A DNA stretch of 64,000 nt from Paramoeba atlantica (lineage: Eukaryota > Protista > Discosea), in NCBI GenBank assembly GCA_977017575.1, contig CDRNVI010000188.1, forward strand, positions 1 to 64,000, in the 5' to 3' direction. Under the pieces are notes generated by a model. The model saw only the letters and a list, made by a program, of their open reading frames with translations. It was not told the DNA's origin and ran no database searches. Shown piece after piece: positions 1 to 11,100 of this stretch. The number at the start of each line of letters is the position of its first letter. Positions within the stretch are counted from its first letter, which is position 1. The translations under genes and the position numbers were made by a program.

Positions 1-69
1 GTTTTGACAATCTTTTTGTTTTCTCGTCCTTCCTTTTTTTTCCTTCCTTATTTTTTGGGGAAATTTCAG

Positions 70-3000
70 GAACCGAACGATTCACATTCATCTCGAAAGT
101 TATTCGACCACCGCAATCCAAATTCTTTTGCTCTATATGTACACATCAACAAAACCATTTTCATCTTGCCTTCATTCTTGTCTTGCTTTGATCCAAGAGG
201 TTCAGATTTCTTTTTTTCAATCCCCACAAAAAAAAAGAAGAATTTTTCATGAATTGGTTTTTTAAAACCCTCAAAACATTCTTGATATCACAAATGGTTT
301 TCATGGTGTAGTGGTTAACATACGAGGTTTTGATTCTCGTGCCCCGAGTTCGATTCTCGGTGAGACCTAATTTTTTTGAATTAATTTTTTTTTTTTTTTG
401 TTTTCTTGCAGATGGGAGTGGTGGAAGAACCATGTGGCAATCACTCTCTTTTATGGCAACATTGGACTTCCCTTTGCACTAGTATTCAAAATGAAGCTAT
501 TGAATTAGCTTCTTTTTTGGGTCTTGAGTGTTCTCTTCCTGTGATGGACTTCCCGGAAGGAAAGACGGAATTGGATCTGTTCCCGACGTCGAAGTTGAAG
601 TCGTCGTGCTCCACTCCTTTTATCCACGAATCTTCCTCAGTTCCTTCCTTCGCACCTTCATTTCCTTCAACTCCACAACAATCTCTCTTTTCTATTCCAG
701 AACCTTCCTTTGCATTTCTCACCACCTCCACCATCTTTTTCAACTTCTTCATCAACAACTCTCTGTGGAGGAGAAAAACCCAAAAGCTGAAAGTTGTCAT
801 CACTCTTTATTGTTTTTTGGACCTTGAAGTCAAAGTTCCCAAAAAAACAAGAGTTCTAGAAGAGGTAAGAAATTAAAAAAGAGGAAGTTGGCACAAGCAA
901 TCAACTAAAACAAGGTTCAAAAAAATAGGATAATGGGAGAGAAATGTTTTCGTTTTTGAAAGAAAAACTTTTTTGCGACATTTTCTCGAAATTGTTGATT
1001 CTGGTTCCATTTTTCAAATCGCATTCAATTTCTTTTCTTAATCGGACTGAAACTCACTCCAATTCATTTCTTTTAGAAAGTGATTCTTCGACCTTGATTC
1101 CATGCCACAAACTTCTCCTTACCTCTCGCTCAGAGTATTTTTCAAGTTTCTCTTTTTTCTCTCATTCTCTTTCATTCCCTCTTTTTTTCTTATTTTTTTC
1201 AGCAATGCTGCTAAGTGGAATGCGAGAGTCTGGGACAGGGACAGTTCGTCTTCAAGCTTCTTTTTTTATAGCGATGGGATTATTAGAGTTCTCTTTTTCA
1301 TTTATAGTTTCTTTCTTCGAACCCTCTTTCCTCTCTTTTTTTTAATTGGAGTTTTTCTTTAGGTATATTTATACTGGGAATATGAACTTTAATGATCTTC
1401 TTCCATGTCTTGAAGCTCTGATCACCGCTGAATCTCTTCTACTACCTCATTTACAAGTCCTCTCTTGTCTTCTTCTTATTCTCCTGTCTTCTTTTTGACT
1501 CACTCTCCCCCCCTTTGCAGGAAAAGTGTGAGAAAAAATTGCTGACTCTGTTGAGGAGTGATAATGTCACTTCTGTATTAGAAGTTACCCAACAAATCAA
1601 TGCTCCGGTAAATCAAGTTTTTTTGATTTGACCTTTTTTTTGTCTCCTTTAACAGATTTATTTTGTTTCTGTCTCTCTTCTCTATTTTAGCTTCTAAAAA
1701 GTGGGTGTCTTAAATTTATTCTTCTGAATTTTGATGTTTTGCTGGCATCTGATCAAATTTTTGAGCTGGATGGTGAAGTTCTCTCTGATTTAGAAGAGAA
1801 AGCTCAATCTTTCATTTGTCCTCTTGTAACAAGATTTCTTTCTTTTCTTTCTGTGTTTCCCCAAAATTGAATCTTTTTTTTTCAGGCTGCATCCACTGTT
1901 TATTTTTCGAAATTGAGGAATTTTTTAAGAGAACCTGAACCATCCGCTTCTTTAATTACTGAATCTTTTGTTTCTTCTTGTTTGACTCCTTCTTCCTTAA
2001 GAAGAAAAGTACCACAGTTATACCCTACTTCTTCTGCTCCTTCAGTTCTTCCTTCTCCCGCTCTCTCTGGGACTGAATATGAAGAAGTGAAGGGATTGGT
2101 CGAAAAACAATTGAGAGCACTTCGAAAGAAAGAGAGAGAAATTGAAAAATTGAGAGAGTTGAAGAGGGATTTGACTTCAGAAGAAGAAATTAAACTCCTT
2201 TCACAGGTTTGAACTTTTTATTTTTCCTTCCAAAATTTTCTTCTTTCTGATTTGTGTCTTGTTTTTGATAGCATCTGGTTGAGAGAAAAATCGAAGAGCT
2301 CAGTTCTGTTCTTGAACAACTCATTAGCACAAGAGAAGAAGAGAAAGGAGTGAGAGAACCAAAAGGGGGGAGGAGAAGAAAAAGGAGAGGGAGAGGAGAG
2401 GCCAAAGATAGTGAAACAAAAGAATCAGGAAAAGAAGAAGAAAAAGAAGAAGAAAAAGAAGAAAAAGAAGGAAAAGAAGGAAAAGAAGAAAAAGAAGGAA
2501 AAGAAGTAAAAGAAGAAAATGAACTAATTGGGGGAAAAGACGAAAAAGAGGAGGAAGAGAGTGAAGGAAAGAGGGTTTGGGGAACTGAGACACCAAAAAA
2601 ATTAAGTTTTCAAGAAATTGAACAAGAACAGCAAAAACAGGTCATTTTCTCAGAGAGTTTTTCATCTTTTCTTTTGTTTCTTTCTTCTTTTTCAATTCTT
2701 CTTTTCTCTTCTTTTTTTTCTCATTTTTTTTTCTCCCTCCACAGTTAAAAATTCAAAAGAAAAGAACTCAACCCTCCAAAAAGAGCACAAAAAAACCATC
2801 TTCTCCTCTTACTCATCCTCCTCCTTCTTCTATTTCTCTCTCTGCTTATGCATCTGCTCCTTCTCCCCCTCTCTTTTCTCCTTCTTCTGATCGAAGCGCA
2901 CCTTGGGGAACTCCACCAAAATCTTCTCTTTCCTATTTCTCTTCCTCTCCCTCTCTCTCTCACGATTCTCCCTCTTTTTCGCCAATGAGCATTTTGGAAA

Positions 3001-3791
3001 TAGAGAAGGAGGAGAGAGGAAGAAAGGAGAGAGAAGAAGGGAGTTCTCAAAATGCGCACAAGTTTGAGAGTCTTTTCTTTTCTTTTTTTCTTCTTCTTTC
3101 TTTTCTCAACCCTTCACTTTCACAGAAAATCAAAACCAAAGAGTATTTTGGAAATCGAAAGAGAAGAAAAGTCGTTTCTTGAACAACAGCAAAGTCAAAA
3201 GAAAGCAAAGTTACTTTTCTTTTCTGTTTCAACCAAATATTTCTCTTCCTCTTCCCCCCTCTCTTGCTTTCTCATTTTTTTCTTTTTTGCAGAATTCTTG
3301 ATATTATGTCAGAGGAATTGGCACGAGCGCTTCAAGAAGAAGAAAACCAAATTGCTCGTCAAATTGAAGAAGAAGAGAGAAGAGAAGAGGAAGAGAGGCA
3401 GAGAGGGAGAGGCAGAGGGAGAGGGAGAGGGAGAAGAGGGGGAGAGAGAAGAGGAGGAGGGAGAGGGGGAGAGGGTAGAGGAAATAAGAGAGGGAGAGGT
3501 GGGAGAGGTGGGGGAGGTGGGGGAGGAGAGAGAGGAGGGAGAGGAGAGAGAGGAGAGAGAGGAGAGAAAGGAGAGAGAGGAGAGAGAGGAGAGAGAGGAG
3601 AGAGGAGAGAGAGAGGAGAGAGAGGAGAGAGAGAAGAGAGAAATGGGTCTGAGAGAAATGGGAGCGAGAATGAGAGGAGAGAAATGAGAGGTGGGGGAAG
3701 AGGGAGAAGTCAAAGAGGAAGGAGAGGAGAGAGAAGAGGAGAAGGGAGAGGAGGGGAGAGACAGCAACGTGAGGGGGAGAAACCGGGATAA
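70..3791 (+). CDS. Multi-BTB/POZ (BTB-BACK) protein, IBTK-like C-terminus; multi-exon, begins upstream of the window
   Basis: Exon 70-199 reads TIHIHLESYSTTAIQILLLYMYTS (BTB core). Exons ~1077-1145, 1203-1288 and 1363 onward join in phase to give IPCHKLLLTSRSEYFSTMLLSGMRES...LLEYIYTG (BTB signature). BACK-like CEKKLL...CLKFILLNFD follows, then a coiled coil, three SIL[ED]I-x-x-EE motifs and an RG/RGE-rich tail ending at TAA 3791. The exon chain between 412 and 1077 is unresolved. Confidence 0.75.
296..368 (+). tRNA. tRNA-Gln(UUG), intronic
   Basis: D arm GTGT/ACAT, anticodon arm CGAGG-TTTTGAT-TCTCG, T arm CCGAG-TTCGATT-CTCGG, 3' acceptor TGAGACC, followed by a T-run terminator. The 5' acceptor strand GGTTTTCA has one extra T (bulge or homopolymer error). 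Confidence 0.9.
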
Positions 3792-4160
3792 GAAATTCAT
3801 TCTTGAAAGAAGGAAACTCTTCCTGAAAAACTTCTTCTTTTTTTCCAAAAAATTCTCTTTGAAGGATTACAAGTTCAAAGAAGAGAAGAATTATGATGAG
3901 ACTTGAAAAACAAACTTTGATTTTAGGAGTCAAAAACATAATTTTGTGAAAAAATTTTGATGGTTTTTATTTTTGTCGTTTCTCTTCTGAGTGAGGCTTA
4001 CACACTTCCTCTTTCAATATCCCCCTTCTTCAACTGAAGGAAAATAATTGTAAAAAATGAAATGGTTCAAAAAATGAAAAACGAGTTTTTGGAGGTGCGA
4101 TTTTTTCTTTCTTGGTTTTCCGTTTCGTTGTTTTGTGCTCTCTCAGCTCCATGTCTGGTC

Positions 4161-5123
4161 ATGTCTTTTCTCTTGGCTCTTTCTTTTCTTTCTCTTCTCT
4201 TTTCATTCTCTCTTTCTCAATTGGTCTCAAATAAAACCCATGATGGCTACACTTGGGTGATTCCGCCAGAAAATAAGAATGTTCGCCGACCCCCTTTCCC
4301 AAACACTCCAACCATCCTTCTCTCGACCTACCCAAATTCTGGAAACACTTTTATTTTGAAAGTAATTCACTTTTTCTTGAAACCCTTTCTCTTTCCCTCT
4401 CTTTCTCTTTCTCTCTTTTCTCTCTCTCTCTCTCCCTTTTTCTCTTTCTCCTCTTTCTTCTTTTTGATTCTTTTTGTTGTTGGGAAGGTTTGGGAATTGG
4501 CAAGAGGGATTGGAGCTCAAGCTGTTTTTAAAGAGAAGGGAACACCAACTTCTGATTCCTTTGCCTTTGAGGGTTCAGTACATGGAGGGAAAATTGACAG
4601 ATTCTTCGACTCTCGAATTCTCAAAGATCGTACAACTAATCTAACGAGAAAAGAAATCCAAGATCGAATTCGGAAAGCAACGTTTCAAGAACCAGTCATT
4701 TTAAAGAATCATTTTCCAATTCTCCCGATGAAGATAGAGAATCTTTTTCAAGTTCGTTCTGTTCTTGGTGTTATTTCGACTCTTCGAGATGATGTCCAGG
4801 TAAATTGTGAAAAGATTTACCAAGGGAGACATTATTGCGATATGGAGAATGAGGAATTTCACACTTTTTGGTTCAATTTTTCTGTGGAGCATAAGATTCC
4901 TTTTGTTATTTATCCTTATGAGGATCTGATCTCTTCTCCTCTTGTTGTGTTTCGAGATATGTTTAAGAAATTTGTTCCTTTTGAGAAAATAAGAGATGAA
5001 AATATTACATGGGCGATTCACCATTCTCTACCACCAACAAAACAATCAAGACCAAAATCGAGTAAATTCCTCGAATGGAAAGAAAACAAACAACAGGAAG
5101 AGAGGAAAAAAATGAAAACCTGA
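4161..5123 (+). CDS. Secreted or membrane-anchored P-loop sulfotransferase (WSCD-like), copy 1
   Basis: Hydrophobic N-terminus, 5'-PSB-like LLSTYPNSGNT, then PVILKNH and YPYEDL. One in-frame 126-nt intron at 4362-4487 (gtaatt...gaag). Paralogous to the four genes at 35828-40767. Confidence 0.75.
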   Translation: MSFLLALSFLSLLFSFSLSQLVSNKTHDGYTWVIPPENKNVRRPPFPNTPTILLSTYPNSGNTFILKVIHFFLKPFLFPSLSLSLFSLSLSPFFSFSSFFFLILFVVGKVWELARGIGAQAVFKEKGTPTSDSFAFEGSVHGGKIDRFFDSRILKDRTTNLTRKEIQDRIRKATFQEPVILKNHFPILPMKIENLFQVRSVLGVISTLRDDVQVNCEKIYQGRHYCDMENEEFHTFWFNFSVEHKIPFVIYPYEDLISSPLVVFRDMFKKFVPFEKIRDENITWAIHHSLPPTKQSRPKSSKFLEWKENKQQEERKKMKT

Positions 5124-5263
5124 AAAAAAAAAACAAAGAAAATTTTAGAACTCTAAAATTTAGCGTCCACCTTTTTGTTGTTTTTTCCGTTGATCCTCTG
5201 TGATTCCTCTTATCCTCTTGTTTCTTCCTTTTCCTTGATTCCAAAAGATCCGATAGACCAGCG

Positions 5264-6714
5264 ATGGGTGTTGATGAAAAATGGAAAGGGTTTCAAGACC
5301 TTTCTGACCAACTGGAAAAACAACCAACATTCCCTTTCTGTGAAGCGACTTTTTTTTTCTTGGCTTTTCTTTGTTTGTTGCATGCAACACGACACAACTT
5401 GCGTCATGTTGTGGTGTTGGCCGGAGCTTTGATTGGAGGGACTGCCAATGATCTCTTTTTTATGACCTTACCCTTTGTTGATAACTTTTGGCATGCGCAA
5501 GGAACTGTGATGATCACTCCTCGTCTTCCTTTGTATATTCCTTGTGTTTATATTTGTTTTATGTATATTCCGATTGTTTCTTCTTGGCGTTCTCCTCCTC
5601 AACTTCCTCGTTTGGCACGGTTTTGTCTCGCAGGACTCTCTGGCGCTCTCTTTTATTGTATCTTTGATATTACTGGAGCCAAATTTTTATGGTGGACTTG
5701 GCATGATACAGATGCTGGTGTTTTTCATCGGTGGTTAGGAGTTCCTGTTGGAAGTACTCTCTGGACGATTATTCACATCTTTTGTATTTGTTTGATTCTT
5801 TCTTGGTCTGGAATTTGGTTAGATTCGAGTCAAAAGGGAGATAAAAAACCATTGTCGATTCAGAAAGCGATCTTTAGTGTTCTTATGATTGGAATCTTTA
5901 GCACCCCTTTAATGATGCTCACAATGATCCCCTTCCAACTCCACCAAATTCGTTTTGAATTGGAACCATCGTTTCATATTACCCAATTACCTGGAAAGCC
6001 AGATTATATTTCTCTTTGGTTAGCCATCGCTCTCTTCTCTCTGATTGTAATGATGGGGATGATAAACAAGAAACCGAATCCTCGTGAGATTCTCTTTCAT
6101 CCAGGGAGATGGTTAGATGGGATCTTGTTTTTTGGGGTTGTGATCTATTGCGCTGTCATGGCTGGAGTTATGATTTATGGCGATCCTTCAATTGTTGTTG
6201 CTGAGGTGAGAAATTTTAATCTGATCAGTCTCTCTTTTGCTTTTTTTCCTCTTTCTTTTGAATTTTTTTTTCAGCCTTTTATTTTTTTTGGTTCTGATCA
6301 ATTATTTTTATTTCAAAAACGACACCAGGGAGTCCATCAAGAATATGGTGATTGTCGAATTGTTGATTATGATCTGTCAAACTATGCCCGTTTTAAATAT
6401 CTTTGTGCTCAAGACTACAATGAAGACTTTGTTTTTAATTGTGTGGAACAGGTAATTTGATTTTTTTTTCATTTATTTTTCTTTGAAATACCAAAAAAAA
6501 AAATAGATTTTTTTTTAATTAAAATTGTAACTCTCTCTCTCTCTTCTTTCTCCATCAGATTCTCCCACCACACGATCCAGCCTGGTACACTCTTTGCGGA
6601 AAGGCACATACAAACTATCTTCTTTATGCTTGGGTTGTTGCTTCGTTTGCTCTGTGTTGTGTGGGGCTCTATGCACAATTACTTTTCAACCACCCAAAAG
6701 TAAAATCTTCTTGA
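5264..6714 (+). CDS. Uncharacterised multi-pass membrane protein with a WWTWHDTD...GVP motif (DUF7802-like from recollection)
   Basis: Long ORF with many hydrophobic helices and FDITGAKFLWWTWHDTD...WLGVP. Introns at ~6206-6344 and 6452-6558. The last exon reads WYTLCG and ends at TGA 6714. Confidence 0.7.
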
Positions 6715-6745
6715 AAAAGAGAGAGAGTCTCTTCTTTTTCTATTT

Positions 6746-7911
6746 TCACCACGAAAAACTCTCCTCTGTATATTTTTTCTTCCTGAGATAGAAAGTATTT
6801 CCTAAACGATCCCAGATTGTAAGAGTTTGCCCATAATTCACATGGAAGTAATTGTGGTGGTCATCATGGTAGAGACTGCTTGGTTGCCAGGGGAACCAAC
6901 TCTCAAAATATACTCCGGAATGGTCAACGACATTGTGGAAATGGACATACAATAGGTTTACGATGAGGGAAGAAATGTGGGTTGGGATAAAAAATAAACC
7001 TTTCAAGAAAAAGAATGAGGGGAGGGGAAAGGGAAAGAGATCAAAAAGAGGGAAAATGAGAGAGAGAAAAGTTAAAAAAAGAATGGAGAGATAAAAAAAA
7101 AGAAGAAGAAAAAGAGAGATGCATACCAAGAAAAACTCCTCCTTGAACAAATATCATATCAACAGGATGGAGACCTAAACCAGAAAACGCAGTTGGTTGG
7201 CGATAAGCGTGATGAACTTTATGGCACCAAAGATAAAGAAAAGGGATATGAAGAATGCGATGTGAAAAGTATGCCCAAAGATCAATCCAGAGGAACAAAG
7301 AGATTGTTGAAGTGATAACAAAGGGGATAGAAGAAGGGAAATTAAAATCTGTGTAAATTAAGACAACGCCTGGGTGTGTGAAGTAAAGGATTGTGATCAG
7401 AGATGTGAGCACAGCAGCGAGACAGAGATTGCCCACTGCCAAATACACCTTTTTTTTCGAGAAAGATTTTTAAAATATTGTTGAACAAAAATATAAACAA
7501 AAGAGAAAGAAAAAACAAAAAGAAGAAAACCTCAGATCGAGCAAGCGTTTCAACATTATGAGTTTTTTCACCTTGACACCGAAGTTGAGGATGCGCTTGA
7601 TAAAACCGATCAAACCAACGAGCAAAGGGGACAAAAGTGAGAATAGAAAGAACAGCAGTACAAACAGTGCCATAAAGAAAAGTTGCCATTGGATTTGTTT
7701 GTATTTCTTCCGCTGTTGTAATTTGCAAACCACAACAAAGAGAAAGACAAAAAACCGAAGAGGATATCCCAGCCGGCGTACAGAAAAAGGAGACAGCTGC
7801 GAAGATCCCAAAAACGTGGAGCGAACTTTGAAGCGGGTTGGAAAGTTTCAGAACATTATTGTATCCTGCTCTTCTCGCCTTTTCGATTGTTCCAGAAGGG
7901 AGAGAGGGCAT
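6746..7911 (-). CDS. Sterol desaturase / fatty acid hydroxylase superfamily oxidase (ERG3/SC5D-like)
   Basis: Three histidine boxes (HRILH, HKVHH, HDDHH) and NYGQTLTIWDRLGNT, spread over several exons. The start at 7911 is tentative. Confidence 0.85.
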
Positions 7912-8128
7912 CTTCTCTCGGCAAGAACACATTCCAAAACAAAAACTTCGCGAAAACAAAGAGCGAAAACAAAAAGAAAATTTAGCCAATCCTCACTTTT
8001 TTTAGCGCCCTTTCGAAAAATGAAAGAAAATTTCCATTTTCCCAGAGCATCATTTGTTTCGATTTTATCTTTCAGTTGAACACTCAGTGAGTCACTTCTT
8101 CTCTAACTTGAAAGAGATCATTTTATTG

Positions 8129-11100
8129 TCAAGGATTTATCTTTTTTCTTTGATAGAATAAAATATATGCATCTCTTGACACAATCCTCGATTCTTCACA
8201 AGGTGAAACACGAGAATCATCAAAATTGTACCATTTTCCATCAATTGAGGATTTTGCAGAAACTCTAAAATGCCCAGTTTGATGCTTCCCGAGGTGAGTC
8301 ACAACAGCATAGAGATCATACAAAAGTTTTTGTCCTGAAGGATTTCTTATTGTATGATTCGACATATCGAGCTCGTGGATTGGGAATGTGACGAAACTGT
8401 CATTCTTGTCGTACCTGGGAATCAAAGAGTAGGTTTGAGAGGAGTGGGGTTGCCAAAAGAAAAATCCGTTTTAAAGAGATGGATGAAAAATTGACCTTGA
8501 TTTTGTTGGCATTCGATCAAAATGAAAGATGAGCAATTCTGGGCAATGATAGAACTCAACAACCTTTGCTCCTGACACTTTTTGATTGCAGTGGCAGCAA
8601 AAAAATTCACAATCTTTCTCTTGAGTTGCTAACATTGACAAACAGGATTCCAAATCTGAAGTTGGTCGTTGAGAATAGAAACTTGAATCACGATAATCTC
8701 TGGGGTCATCAGTAGATAAATCATAAACAGATCTCAGAACTTGTGGCTTCCATTCTAAAATCAGACAAATGTTCTTTCCCTCTTTGGAATGGGAGAGAAG
8801 AACCGGGTAATCGTCTCCAAGATCGTATAAAGTTTCCCGTTTTTGAGAAATTTGGGGGTTCGTCAGTATCATCTTGAAGAGTGGAGAAGAATAATCTATC
8901 GTGTCTTCTTTTCCCTAGCGAAAGGAAATATTTTTATCATTCAAGGGAAAAAGAAAAACCAAAAAATGTTCAACAAGATACCTCAGTGAAATAAGGAATA
9001 AGTTTTTGAGTTTGTAGAAAGAGTCGTCTTTGAATTGCATGGACCATCTAACCCAAAGAAATGAGATAAAAGGTGGTGAATTCAAAAAAATGAAATCAAG
9101 AACAATTACCTTTTTCTCCAATTGTTTGTAATTGACAGATTTTGAAATGGAACAAATTGTTGGAACCGAAAATAATTGGTTCTGGTCAGTTCTCCATTGG
9201 AAAACACGAATATGCAAGAGATCATCCTCTGGTTCGAAATCTTCTTCTTTCATTTCTTCTTCCTCTTCTGGAATTAAAAAAAAGTCTTTAAATTCGGTCT
9301 TTGTTTTGAAAAAAATCATAACAGAAACCTTCTTTTTTCTTGTTCTTGTTTTGACTTGTCCTTCCTTCAAGCTCAAACACAAAGATATCATCGTCGTTTG
9401 AAATCTCAGTCAAACTCTCTTCCTCAGAAAATTCGTATGTGAATCGGTTTTCCTCAACTTTGGCAACAAACATCGGGTCTTTTGGTATTCCAATTAACTA
9501 AAAAAAATAAGATGAACATTCTTTAAAAAGGAAAAGAAACAAAAGAAACAAAAGAAACAAAAGAAACAAAAGATACATTACTCACAATTTCCTTTAAATC
9601 ACAAATCTTTCCTCCAATTGGGACATCTGCAGAAATTGTAAGCGGAATAAAAGAAGGATCTTTCCAGACAAGAACAAGTCTGATGAGTCTCGTTTTTGAA
9701 ATTGGGATTGGGAGAGAAAGAGATGGTGTTGCGTCGAAGGATGTTGTTGTGAGTTTGCACTTTGAACACTTCCAAGTCGACTTTAATTGGCCCTAGATTG
9801 AATACAATTTTAAAATTTTGAGCAAAGATGATGAGTTATTTTGGAAAGTAAATAAAAAGAGAAAGGAAGCAAACATGAAAAAGGTCAACAATAACTGAGT
9901 CATTGTTCATTAAGTGCTTTTGCCAAGCTTCCTTGGCGAGAATCTGAATTAAAATTCAATTCATCAATCACATAATAAATCATAATAATAAATATAACAA
10001 TAAATAAAATAAAATAAAAATTACTTCTTCAGGAGGTTCATCATTCTTCATAAACGCCTTTTCAGAAACAAATGGCGCCACTCTCGCCTTAACACGATTT
10101 AAATCTTCATGCATTTCATTTAATAAATACAATAAAAATTCATAACAATCATGAAATTGAAAACCACAATATCGTGGCGCAAATTTTGAGAGGAAGTGTT
10201 TGAATTCTCGAGGAGCGAAAGCAGAATATTGTTCTCCCCATAAAAGTTCGAAAAGTTGTGAAATTTGGATTGGTAAAGTTCCGTTCGTTCCGAGTGGATT
10301 TGTGGGATTGATCTCTTGTCTTGGGGAAAAATGAATCAGTTTTTGAAAAACAAAGGACAAAAAAGAGAAAATAAAAAGAAAGAGAAAGGGAGAAAGAATT
10401 TAAAAAAAAAAGAAAAGAAAAAAAGAAAAGAAAAAAACAAACTCAAAAGTTTTGGACAAGATATAATCTCTCAGGGGAGTTGTTTGACTGAGAGATTGGA
10501 TTGCACTATTTAAAAAACAAGTATTTCCCATATTTCTTAAACCACACAATCCTGGAGGAGTTGGTTCTTTTCCACCCCCCCTATTTTTAAAGGAAAAAGA
10601 AAGAGATTTAGAGAAGAATTTCTCTTGTGTTTGAGAGAAAAGAGAGAGAGAGGGAGAGATGAAAAGAAAAGAAAAAGAACCACGGAGAGTATCCATATTC
10701 GTTCGTCTCTTCCCTAAACAATAAAAACATTTAATAAATCTCTTTTTTTCTTCCAAAAAATAAAAGAGAAAAGAAAGAAAAGAAAAAGAGAAAGGAAAAA
10801 GAGAAAAGAGAAGAGAAAAGAAAAGAAAGAATGAAAAGAAAGAAAAAACCTTCTGAAAGTGAAATTTCCTTCAAAATTTCTTTCTTCAATCATGATCTTT
10901 TGTCGATCGACCAGTCCAGATTGGGAGATCTCTCTTTCCATTTGGGTCAATAATTTTCTGCTGTTGAGAGAACGAGAAAAGAAATGCAAGAGAGAAAAGA
11001 GATGAGAAGGGAGAGAAGGGAGAAAGAGAGAGAAAGGAGAGAGAGAGAGGAAAAAGAAAGAAGAAAGAAAGAAGAAAGAAAGAAAGAAAGAAATAATTAA

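Noticed and set aside
259-272. TTTTTAAAACCCTC resembling the TIR element's right end
   Set aside because: Only 12 of 14 positions match, there is no subterminal IR or ANT flank, and AAACCCT is common in this sequence.
296-303. Extra T in the tRNA-Gln acceptor stem suggesting 5' tRNA editing
   Set aside because: It falls in a T homopolymer and removing one T gives a normal stem. An assembly error cannot be excluded without reads.
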